Both the position numbers and the translations under genes were made by a program. Positions 1 through 7,601 of a stretch of DNA of 64,000 bases are shown here, piece by piece (the first letter of the stretch is position 1; each line of letters opens with the position of its first letter). The notes below the pieces were generated by a model. It saw only the letters and a program-made list of their open reading frames with translations, did no database searches and had not been told where the DNA came from. The DNA comes from an uncultured Collinsella sp. GTDB taxonomy: Bacteria; Actinomycetota; Coriobacteriia; Coriobacteriales; Coriobacteriaceae. The DNA lies in NCBI GenBank assembly GCA_902476475.1, contig CABSDO010000001.1, forward strand, positions 4,000 to 67,999, written 5' to 3'.

Positions 1-176
1 GCATCGAGCAGGCGGATCTGCTGGCATAGGTCGTGGGCCATCGGGGTTTCGATGTTTCCCATGACGGAGAGCTCGCGACGGGCGAGCATCTCATCGTAAA
101 TGCTGGTGAGCGTGATACCTCGGGCGGATTCACGCATGGTGAGGGGGCTGATGATGGGGGAATGATTGGTGTCCAT
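1..176 (-). CDS. clpP: ClpP-family protease, N-terminal part (runs off window edge); paralog of 3014..3631
   Basis: Manual translation from ATG at 176 (RBS GAAAGGAG) gives MDTNHSPIISPLTMRESARGITLTSIYDEMLARRELSVMGNIETPMAHDLCQQIRLLD; 48/58 residues match the ClpP at 3631. Confidence 0.9.
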   Translation of the reverse strand, partial: MDTNHSPIISPLTMRESARGITLTSIYDEMLARRELSVMGNIETPMAHDLCQQIRLLD

Positions 177-239
177 GAGGACTCCTTTCTGTTGGTTGTG
201 TTGTGGAATAGGATTGTTGCCCGCGGAGGGGCTGGCGGG

Positions 240-1130
240 CTACAGGGTTCGTCCGAGCCTGAGATCGAGCTCGGTTGTGGGGCAGGCTGCCTGTTCGTGC
301 GGCTCGCAAGCGCCAAGGGCTCCAAAGCGATAGAGCGTTGCGGCGGGCGTGGTATAGGCGAGCCGCAGCTGATGCTCGACAGGGGCACATCCGTCATTTT
401 TGTAATGAGCCGCGTAGTACTGCGCGATGCTGGCGTTCATCTCGCTGCCTTTGCGATGGCGCTCAAACTGGCGTCTGCAGGTCTCGATGATCTTTGCTAC
501 CGACTTGGGTGCCGTCGCGGGAACAAGGGCGAGATAACCCTCAAATAGCTCGTTGATGCTCAGGAGGCACAGCAGGTCGACCAGCGTCCTTATGGCTGCT
601 CCCTCGGCGGAAAAGTGCGCGGTCATGCGGTTATATCGGTTGCGGTCGACGATGGCCGCATGGGGTCTTGGAGTTTTCTGCCCCGTGGTCCCGGGCTTTT
701 GTCGCGCCTGTGTATTGAGCTCGACGTTGCAGCGCTTGAGGCCGTCCAACGGAAGGAACAGTGCGGTGCGCAGGGTGTTCCGCTTGCTTTCGAGTTCATG
801 ACGCTCGTCGGGTTCCCATTCGAGCTTGAGTTTCGTGTCGAGCGCCGTAAGCATATGGGCTAGGCAGCCTACGGTAAGAACGTACGAATCGTTGTCGCGT
901 TTTGGGGCATAGGGGTCTGTCAGCTTGCGAATGTCGGGGTCGCCCATGATCTTTGTGCAGCTCTTCAGCAGTTGAGGGTGGTCGGCCAAGATCGTCGCGA
1001 GCGGTAGCGACGCGTAGTTCTTGATGGTCGCGGCGGCAAAGGCGGCGTCATATTCGGTTGCATATGCTCGCTCAATGCGGGCATCCAGAATGCTTTTCTT
1101 ATCGCCGTTTTCAGCGTGGTGGTTTGTCAT
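240..1130 (-). CDS. Hypothetical ~296-aa helical protein, first gene of the ClpP/VirD4 unit (copy 1)
   Basis: Homologous to 3685..4587 over the whole length (YDAxFAAATI, LTDPY, LAHMxTALDTKL, RYNR, RQFER, LAYTxPxATLxRFGA). Start placed at ATG 1130 after GGAG, where homology begins. Confidence 0.8.
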   Translation of the reverse strand: MTNHHAENGDKKSILDARIERAYATEYDAAFAAATIKNYASLPLATILADHPQLLKSCTKIMGDPDIRKLTDPYAPKRDNDSYVLTVGCLAHMLTALDTKLKLEWEPDERHELESKRNTLRTALFLPLDGLKRCNVELNTQARQKPGTTGQKTPRPHAAIVDRNRYNRMTAHFSAEGAAIRTLVDLLCLLSINELFEGYLALVPATAPKSVAKIIETCRRQFERHRKGSEMNASIAQYYAAHYKNDGCAPVEHQLRLAYTTPAATLYRFGALGACEPHEQAACPTTELDLRLGRTL

Positions 1131-1466
1131 AGCTTCTCCAATCGGTTGATGTTCGTGCTGTTTGTTGATGTGTTGGTTGTCGTGAGTGATGTGCTTGCCG
1201 TGGGTGATGTGCTGACGTTGGGGTGCTATGCGGTTTTCAATGAGCCCGTGAGGCAGTTGCTGCAGGGGCGGGATGGAACGGCCCATGCAAGGCGGAAGGC
1301 ATCGTGCTCAAAATCGAGACAGCAATGCCCTGGGTGCCTCACATGTGGCAGTTACCTCATTAAGTTGTCATTGCGTTTGGGGTTGTACTTTGCCGATCTT
1401 CCTTCTCTTACACGCTAAAACTCAAACTTCATATGCTCGATCTACTTAAAACCGCAACGGCGGTCT
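1131..1466 (-). ncRNA. Putative structured 5' leader or ncRNA of unit copy 1
   Basis: Lies between the predicted promoter and the ATG. Shares an identical 22-mer (1391-1412 = 4821-4842) with copy 2. Contains stem GTGAGGCA/TGCCTCAC (1248-1255/1335-1342) with a nested hairpin. Confidence 0.45.
1147..1213 (-). repeat. Four short direct repeats (+ strand TGATGTGCT consensus) upstream of the start codon, copy 1
   Basis: TGATG cores at 1147, 1166, 1187 and 1205 (spacing 19/21/18). The first two are degenerate. Confidence 0.8.
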
Positions 1467-1472
1467 TTTATC

Positions 1473-1501
1473 AACTTATATGTCGGAACGCGTCTTTGCA
1501 A
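1473..1501 (-). promoter_or_regulatory. sigma70-type promoter of unit copy 1
   Basis: Minus-strand TTGCAA-N17-TAAGTT; the equivalent is conserved at 4903-4931. Confidence 0.7.
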
Positions 1502-1651
1502 GTACTTTTTTGCGTTTGTTTCAAATGGGGTGGTTTTGCAACCGTCACGCGCCACGCTATGCGAACGTGCCCCGGCTCGGATAAGATGGTGCGATCGAGT
1601 TCTACCGCGCTCACCGCAAGTAGTCTTTGTTGCTGAGATAGGTCATGGCCG

Positions 1652-1687
1652 AAAGGGGCCCGTATCCGTTGGGATACGGGCCCCTTT
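1652..1687. terminator. Intrinsic terminator-like hairpin ending unit copy 2
   Basis: Perfect 16-bp inverted repeat AAAGGGGCCCGTATCC-GTTG-GGATACGGGCCCCTTT, ~40 nt after the ATPase stop. Confidence 0.8.
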
Positions 1688-1725
1688 TCTGTTGTCGGTC
1701 GGATACGATGGGTCGCGTGACGTCG

Positions 1726-3021
1726 TCAGAGGTCGAATTCGACCTGGGCGCTTTGGGCTTCGGGGAGCTCTGTGTAGAGCGGGTGGTCCTCGAGCCTAAA
1801 GCGTTCGACCTGCTGGGGAGCGCGGCCGCGGACGAACAGCCAAGAGCGGTCGACGGGCGTTGCCATGAGCGTACTGGGCAGCACGTCGGCACGCTCGGAA
1901 AAGACGCGGGCGAGCTCAGGGTCCTGAAGGGCTAGTACGAGCTGCGTGTCGCAGTTGCCCATGATGGAGCGGGCTCGTGCCTCGCCATAGAGTGCGTCGA
2001 GCTGGTTTGTTGACTGCAGCAGTAGGGTTGCCCAGATCTCGCGGCTGCGGATGATGGACAGAACGTTATCGATTTGCGGTATCTGCAGGTTGGCAAAGTC
2101 GTCGAGCATAAATCGAACCGGTATCGCAAGGCGACCGTCGGGCTGCGCGTCGGCGTAGCGGATGAGTCCCGCGAAGGCCTGCGTTACAAACAGGTTGGTG
2201 AGCGGATCGAGGCTACGGTCGAGATCGCTGACGGTGACGAAGAGCGCTCGACGCTCGCATCCCAGAGCCGCGAAATCGATCTGATTCGCATCGGTGTACA
2301 GACGGCGTGCACCATCAAAGCCCAGGCACATGACCTTTTCGGCAAGGATGCCCATGATGCTCGCATGCATCTTTTCGGCCGTGATGGTGGGGGAGTAGCG
2401 CCGCCAGAGCGAGAGCGCATAGCTTGTGGAGTCGGTGGTCTGCAGGTCGTCGAAGAGGCGTGCCGTGGCGCGGTCTTGGAGATGTTCGCAAAGGTCGATC
2501 ACCGATGAAAACGTCTGCTCCTCCACGGGCAGCTGCTCACACACATAGGCGATCAGGCAGGAAAGCAGGTTGGCGGCCGCATGGTCCCAAAACGGCTGGG
2601 TTTGGTCCTCGACGGGACAGATGGCCTTGGCGACCGAGATGATGTCCTGTTGGTTGGGCTTGCCGTCTTTGGTGCGGCGGATGTGGTTGAGCGGGTTGTA
2701 GCCGCATTGCTCGACGTCCTTGGGCATGGTGGCCGTATCGTCAAGATCGGCAAAGTTGAGGCGCTGCACACGATAGCCGTGCGCGGCAAGCACGGGTCCG
2801 ACTTCGCGGCAAAGCGTCCCTTTGGTGTCGAGCACGATATAGCTCGCATTCATCTGCAACAGGTTGGGCTTAAGAACGTTGCGGGTCTTGCCGGCGCCCG
2901 AAGGCCCGATTACGAGCATATTGTTGTTGAGGCCCGTTTGACGCGTATCACACGAGAGTGCGTGGGCTTGCGCAAGGATGGTGGGGGCCGGGGCATGCAG
3001 GGCTGTGTTGAGGTTAGACAT
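1726..3021 (-). CDS. VirD4/TraG-like (type IV coupling protein family) ATPase, 431 aa, no N-terminal transmembrane segments
   Basis: NNNMLVIGPSGAGKT (Walker A), IVLDTKG, YNPL, PFWD, FMLDDFANL (Walker B), RSR, LQSTNQL..LYG, IMGNCDT. AAGGAG RBS; ATG overlaps the clpP stop. Confidence 0.85.
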   Translation of the reverse strand: MSNLNTALHAPAPTILAQAHALSCDTRQTGLNNNMLVIGPSGAGKTRNVLKPNLLQMNASYIVLDTKGTLCREVGPVLAAHGYRVQRLNFADLDDTATMPKDVEQCGYNPLNHIRRTKDGKPNQQDIISVAKAICPVEDQTQPFWDHAAANLLSCLIAYVCEQLPVEEQTFSSVIDLCEHLQDRATARLFDDLQTTDSTSYALSLWRRYSPTITAEKMHASIMGILAEKVMCLGFDGARRLYTDANQIDFAALGCERRALFVTVSDLDRSLDPLTNLFVTQAFAGLIRYADAQPDGRLAIPVRFMLDDFANLQIPQIDNVLSIIRSREIWATLLLQSTNQLDALYGEARARSIMGNCDTQLVLALQDPELARVFSERADVLPSTLMATPVDRSWLFVRGRAPQQVERFRLEDHPLYTELPEAQSAQVEFDL

Positions 3022-3631
3022 GGGCGGTCTCCTTGGTCGAGGTGAGAATGCCGTGGGCAAAGCCGAGCTCGACGGCGCGCTCGGCCGAAAGGTACGTATC
3101 CTTTGCCGTGAGTGTTTGGATACGCTTGGCCGAAAGGCCGCTTCGATCAGACAGGATTTGCGTCAGGGTCTTGCGGGTCTGCATGAGACGCCGGCTTGTT
3201 TCCTGGAGTGCTAGGGCCGAGCCCCCAGCTCCTTGCGGGATGAGCGGGTCGTGAATCATGAGTTCTGCATGGGGCGCCATACGGCGCTCGTTGCCACCCA
3301 TGAAGATGATGGCGCCCATAGAGGCCGCAAACTCCAGGCAGACGGTGTGGATGGGGCACGGCGAGAGGCGCATGGTGTCGTAGATGGCGAGGCCGGCGCG
3401 CACGCTGCCGCCGGGGCTGGCAACAAAGACCGTGATGGGGGCCGTGGGGTCTGCGGCCTCGAGCAGACGAATCTGCTGGCACAGATCGTGTGCCATCGCA
3501 CTGTTGATGTCGCCCACGACGGAAAGCTCACGTCGGGCGAGCATCTCGTCGTAGACGGAAGTGAGCGTTATGCCACGAGCCGACTCGCGCATCGTGAGCG
3601 GGCTGATGATGGGGTTCTGGGTGGTGTCCAT
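3014..3631 (-). CDS. clpP: ClpP-family serine protease (copy 2)
   Basis: SPGGSV, AIYDTM, catalytic Ser in AASMG, His in MIHDP, Asp in KDTYLSA. RBS GAAAGGAG. Confidence 0.9.
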   Translation of the reverse strand: MDTTQNPIISPLTMRESARGITLTSVYDEMLARRELSVVGDINSAMAHDLCQQIRLLEAADPTAPITVFVASPGGSVRAGLAIYDTMRLSPCPIHTVCLEFAASMGAIIFMGGNERRMAPHAELMIHDPLIPQGAGGSALALQETSRRLMQTRKTLTQILSDRSGLSAKRIQTLTAKDTYLSAERAVELGFAHGILTSTKETAHV

Positions 3632-3684
3632 GGGGACTCCTTTCTGAATGTAGTGGATCTGAGTGGGGCTATGCGTGCCCGTCT

Positions 3685-4587
3685 TTAAGCTTCGAAGGCA
3701 CGCTCGAGCCTGCGTTCAAGCTCGGTAGCGGCCTTATGGCTCCCGGCATTAGCCAGCGCTTTGTCGAACGCGCCAAAGCGCAGCAGCGTGGCGATGGGCG
3801 CGGTGTAGGCAAGGTGCAGCTGGCGCTCGAGATCATCGGGAAATTCGTTGGGGCCGTAGCGCTTCTGGTAGAAGTGAACGATGCTTTGGCTCATCTCCCA
3901 TTCATCGCGGTAGCGCTCGAACTGCCGCTGCTGGATATCGATAATCCGGACTGTCTGAGTGCGAAGGCCAACAGGCGCCAATGCTCGATAACCGTCGAAG
4001 AGACGATTGAGGCTGAGTATGCGGAGCATGTCGATGAGGGTACGAACCGTGGTCGGTCCGGCCTGGAATCGGGCAGTCGCACGGTTGTAACGTTCGCGGT
4101 CGAGCACCATGATGCTGGGTGGTCCCGATGGGTCTGCCGTATCGTCCTGCCCGCAGTTTGCCTGCTGGTGCCGCGCCTCCAGGGCGTTGAGCCCCATGGC
4201 AAGGTCGTGGATGGGAAGCGTCAGCGCCTTTTGCAGGTCGTATCGATGATCCATCAATGTCATCCGCGTCTCGTCGTCCATCTCGAGCCGAAGCTTAGTG
4301 TCGAGTGCGGTAACCATATGCGCCAGATGGCCCATGGTATACGGGCCGTCGGTCTTGCCGTGGGGTCCGAGATAAGGATCGGTCAACTCGTGGATGGCCG
4401 GATCGTCCATGGTCTCGGCGCAGCGATTCGCCGAAAACTCATGGTTGCTCAGAGCCTCGTCGATGGGCAGCAAGGCGAAGTTCGCAATCGTGGCGGCGGC
4501 GAAGCTGGCGTCGTAGCCGCCGTGCAGGGCGCGGTCGATGCGAGTCTGGAGAACGGTGCCGGCGGTTTGGGGACGGGTGGTGTTCAT
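3685..4587 (-). CDS. Hypothetical 300-aa helical protein, first gene of the ClpP/VirD4 unit (copy 2)
   Basis: About 40% identical (by-eye alignment) to 240..1130; no family recognised. Confidence 0.8.
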   Translation of the reverse strand: MNTTRPQTAGTVLQTRIDRALHGGYDASFAAATIANFALLPIDEALSNHEFSANRCAETMDDPAIHELTDPYLGPHGKTDGPYTMGHLAHMVTALDTKLRLEMDDETRMTLMDHRYDLQKALTLPIHDLAMGLNALEARHQQANCGQDDTADPSGPPSIMVLDRERYNRATARFQAGPTTVRTLIDMLRILSLNRLFDGYRALAPVGLRTQTVRIIDIQQRQFERYRDEWEMSQSIVHFYQKRYGPNEFPDDLERQLHLAYTAPIATLLRFGAFDKALANAGSHKAATELERRLERAFEA

Positions 4588-4896
4588 GGCGGTTCCAATC
4601 TGTGATGTGCTTGCTTGCGAGTGATGTGCTGGGTGTCGTTGGTGATGTGCTTGCGGTTCTTGATGTGCTGGATTGGGTGCTATGGGGCCAATATGCTCGA
4701 AGGACGTTTGCCGGGTGATGGGCGTGCTCCGTGCTTAGACGGAACAGCTGACGTCAACGAGCGCCTTGGGCGGTCTTGCTCCGCTATTTAGTTGTCGATA
4801 AAAGATGCTTGGTGTTCATATGCCGATCTTCCTTCTCTTACATGCTGAAAACTGAAACTGAATATGCTCGACCAAATGGTGACCAACGTTGCGGTC
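4588..4896 (-). ncRNA. Putative structured 5' leader or ncRNA of unit copy 2
   Basis: Conserved blocks shared with 1131-1466. Stem 4695-4707/4751-4762 encloses a hairpin at 4725-4746. Confidence 0.45.
4602..4669 (-). repeat. Four direct repeats TGATGTGCT (AGCACATCA on the transcript), copy 2
   Basis: Exact TGATGTGCT at 4603, 4622, 4643 and 4661 (spacing 19/21/18). Confidence 0.85.
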
Positions 4897-4902
4897 ATTT
4901 TT

Positions 4903-4931
4903 AACTTAATCAGGCTCCAGCGATTTGGCAA
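4903..4931 (-). promoter_or_regulatory. sigma70-type promoter of unit copy 2
   Basis: Minus-strand TTGCCA-N17-TAAGTT. Confidence 0.7.
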
Positions 4932-5013
4932 GTATCTTTTTCAAAAATGTTCTTCGGGGGATGCTCGGCTCGGATATGATGGTGCGCGACAAACTCAACG
5001 CAGGGAGGCATAT

Positions 5014-5856
5014 ATGGCAATCAAGGCCATTGCAATGGATATCGACGGTACGCTCACCAACGACCAGAAGGTGATCAGCCCGCGCACGCGCGAGAAGCTG
5101 CTCGCGGCGCAGGAGTCGGGCATCAAGCTCATCTTGGCTTCGGGCCGTCCCGCATGGGGGCTTCATGCTCTGGCGCAGGAGCTCGATCTTCAGAACCACG
5201 ATGGCCTGCTGGTGGCTTTTAATGGTGCGCACGTGGTCGATGCTCAGACCGACGAGGTGCTGTTTGACCAGGCTATGCCGGTCGACGAGCTGCACCGTCT
5301 GCTCGACCACCTGCGCAACTTTGACGTGATTCCCATGATCTCGCTCGGTCGCGACCTGCATGTCGTGGACTCGTATCGTTGCATGATCACGTTGCCGGAC
5401 GGTTCGCAGAAGAACATCGTCAAGTATGAGCGCGACGCGTGCGATCTTAAGATTCGCGAGGTCGAGAGCCTTCATGAAGTCGCGGATGCTTACCCCGTAG
5501 ACAAACTGCTCACCGCGGGCGATCCGGCCTATCTGCAGGCGCATCACGAGGAGATGTACGCGCCCTTTACCGAGACGCTTTCGGGCATGTTCACGGCCGA
5601 TTGGTACTTTGAGTTTACGGCGCCCGGTATCGATAAGGCCCGCGCGCTGCAGGGCGCTCTGCCCAAGCTGGGTATCGATGCCAGTGAGGTCGTTTCGTTT
5701 GGCGACGGTCAGAACGATAAGTCCATGATCGAGTGGGCCGGCACCGGTGTCGCCATGGGCAACGCCGTCGATGAGGTCAAGGCCGTGGCCCAGATGGTGA
5801 CCGCCGATAACAACGAAGACGGCATCGCGGTGGCACTCGATAGGCTGCTGGGTTAG
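5014..5856 (+). CDS. Cof-type HAD-IIB family hydrolase
   Basis: DIDGTL, ASGR, NGA, DKA, FGDGQND motifs; GGAGG RBS before ATG 5014. Confidence 0.9.
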   Translation: MAIKAIAMDIDGTLTNDQKVISPRTREKLLAAQESGIKLILASGRPAWGLHALAQELDLQNHDGLLVAFNGAHVVDAQTDEVLFDQAMPVDELHRLLDHLRNFDVIPMISLGRDLHVVDSYRCMITLPDGSQKNIVKYERDACDLKIREVESLHEVADAYPVDKLLTAGDPAYLQAHHEEMYAPFTETLSGMFTADWYFEFTAPGIDKARALQGALPKLGIDASEVVSFGDGQNDKSMIEWAGTGVAMGNAVDEVKAVAQMVTADNNEDGIAVALDRLLG

Positions 5857-5919
5857 AATCGCCGATAGTGCATGGTTCGGGCGTCCGCTTGCGGGCGCCT
5901 TTTTGTTAGGGAGGGTGCC

Positions 5920-6579
5920 GTGTCCGCATTTCCGTTCGACGCCGTTATCTTTGACATGGACGGTGTCATCGTCGATACCGAGTATTATTACCTGGGGGAG
6001 ACCGCTGCGTTTGCCAAAGAGCTTGGGCTGAACCTGACCCAAGAGGAGTTGAACGGGCAGGTTGGTACCTCGCACCAGTTCTTCTTGCATATGCTGGTCG
6101 ATTGGTTTGAGCGCGCCGGAAAGGGACACTTTACCGGCGAGGAGGCGCTGGCCCGCTGGGATGAGTGGGCGCATAAACGCCCGCGCGATTATCAGACCTT
6201 GATCAATCCGGGCGCCGTGGAGACGATTCGCGAGCTCCCGCGTCGCGGCGTTCGCGTGGCGCTGGCCAGTTCGTCTCCCATGGACAGCATCGAGGAAGTG
6301 CTCGATGCGTGCGGCCTGTCGGATGCCTTTGAGTACGTGGTGAGCGGCGAGCAGTTTAAGGAGAGCAAGCCCGAACCCGATATTTACCTGCATGCGCTGG
6401 ATCTGCTGGGATTGCCTGCGGACCGTTGCTGCTGCGTCGAGGACTCCGTCCCTGGCATCACTGCCGGCAAGCGAGCGGGTCTGACGGTGATCGCCAAGCG
6501 CGAGGAGCGCTTCGGCTTTAGCCAGGATGCCGCTGACAAGATCATCGACCAGCTGCCGGAGCTGCTGGAGCTTGCGTAG
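5920..6579 (+). CDS. HAD-IA family phosphatase
   Basis: FDMDGVIVDTE, ASSS, KPEPDIY, VEDS motifs; GTG start after GGAGG. Confidence 0.88.
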   Translation: MSAFPFDAVIFDMDGVIVDTEYYYLGETAAFAKELGLNLTQEELNGQVGTSHQFFLHMLVDWFERAGKGHFTGEEALARWDEWAHKRPRDYQTLINPGAVETIRELPRRGVRVALASSSPMDSIEEVLDACGLSDAFEYVVSGEQFKESKPEPDIYLHALDLLGLPADRCCCVEDSVPGITAGKRAGLTVIAKREERFGFSQDAADKIIDQLPELLELA

Positions 6580-6637
6580 GACTGGCGATGCGTAATCCGC
6601 ACCGATTATTGATTCCATATTTGCTAGGGGAGGGCAA

Positions 6638-7381
6638 ATGCCATCGACTGAAGGGTTGACCGACGGAAAAGCGGCAATCCCGCTATATCAACAGGTTATC
6701 GATATCATCAAAAATGACATCAATTCTGGTACCTATAAGGCGGGCGCTCGGATACCGAATGAATTCGAATTGGCCGAAAGCTACAAAGTTGGTCGCGTTA
6801 CCGTTCGGCGGGCCATTGAGGAGCTCGTGCAGCAGGGCTACCTAACCAAGCAGCAGGGGAGGGGCACGTTTGTAAACGCCCCCAAGCTCAAGCGTAAAAT
6901 CCGCCAGAAGGACGACGTTCAGAGTTTTTCGGACGCCTGCCGCGTCAACGAGATGGAGCCCGGGGCGCGTATTGTCTCAAGAAAAGTGTTGCCGGCCGAT
7001 GCTACCGAAGCGCAGTTTTTTGGCGTTCCCGCTGGGTCGGAGCTGATCTGCATCGAACGCGTGCGCACCGCCGATGGCATCCCCGTGATGCTCGAGAACA
7101 ACACGTACGTTTACGAGGACAACGCCTTTTTGGCGAAGGCGGACCTTACCGATCAATCAATTTTCGAGGTCGTGCGCGAACAGACGGGTCGCGGGCCTGC
7201 CCACACCGAGCCGTGCACGCTTGAGATCGCGTGTGCGTCACCCGAAGTCGCCCGGCTGCTGTCCGTTCCCACGGGGGAGCCTCTGTTTTATATGGAGGCA
7301 TATTTCTATGACGAGCAGCAACGGCCGTTTATCATCGGCCGACAGCGGATTGTAGGATCGCGCTACGTTTTTGATATCTAG
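6638..7381 (+). CDS. GntR family (HutC/UTRA) regulator, FrlR-like
   Basis: PLYQQV..IPNEFELA..VGRVTVRRAI..GRGTFV helix-turn-helix plus C-terminal UTRA-like domain; precedes the frl genes. Confidence 0.88.
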   Translation: MPSTEGLTDGKAAIPLYQQVIDIIKNDINSGTYKAGARIPNEFELAESYKVGRVTVRRAIEELVQQGYLTKQQGRGTFVNAPKLKRKIRQKDDVQSFSDACRVNEMEPGARIVSRKVLPADATEAQFFGVPAGSELICIERVRTADGIPVMLENNTYVYEDNAFLAKADLTDQSIFEVVREQTGRGPAHTEPCTLEIACASPEVARLLSVPTGEPLFYMEAYFYDEQQRPFIIGRQRIVGSRYVFDI

Positions 7382-7396
7382 GACGTTGATCAAGAG

Positions 7397-7433
7397 AACG
7401 CCCGGCAGGCTAAATTGCCTGCCGGGCGTTTTT
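7397..7433 (+). terminator. Intrinsic terminator
   Basis: AACGCCCGGCAGGC-loop-GCCTGCCGGGCGTT followed by T run. Confidence 0.8.
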
Positions 7434-7493
7434 GCCGTTCGCCGCCGTTGAACGACCGTTCACCCGAGTCCTCGTAATCTGTCCGAAATATCC

Positions 7494-7542
7494 TTGAAGT
7501 GCTAAAAACACGCTGATAATCTATAGAACGTCATAGGACGTT
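7494..7542 (+). promoter_or_regulatory. Promoter plus GntR/FrlR-type operator
   Basis: TTGAAG-N17-TAATCT, followed by palindrome AACGTCATAGGACGTT (7527-7542) with a GT-N2-TA-N2-AC core. Confidence 0.65.
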
Positions 7543-7601
7543 TGCATTGCGCGAACGTTAAAGCGAGACACGATAAGGTCTCGGGTTCTTTGGAGGTATC
7601 T

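Noticed and set aside
1131..1286. N-terminal extension of the ORF-track 348-aa protein with QHITH repeats
   Set aside because: The equivalent region of copy 2 has no start codon after its last in-frame stop and places most repeats in another frame. Homology and the RBS point to ATG 1130.
1726..3631. Calling the region an ICE/conjugative element or a prophage head module
   Set aside because: No relaxase, VirB4, integrase, portal or capsid gene is visible, and the unit is closed by its own promoter and terminator. Sequence left of the window is unseen.
4602..4669. CRISPR-array interpretation of the TGATGTGCT repeats
   Set aside because: Repeats (9-10 nt) and spacers (~10 nt) are far too short, and no cas genes are present.
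4784..4819. 11-aa ORF MNTKHLLSTTK after the SD-like conserved 22-mer
   Set aside because: Copy 1 has no start codon at the same position, so a conserved leader peptide is unsupported.
1131..4896. Retron or RT-associated ncRNA
   Set aside because: No reverse transcriptase motifs were seen in any ORF of the unit.
4906..6618. 570-aa minus-strand ORF
   Set aside because: Antisense shadow of two well-supported HAD genes, which is common in high-GC DNA.
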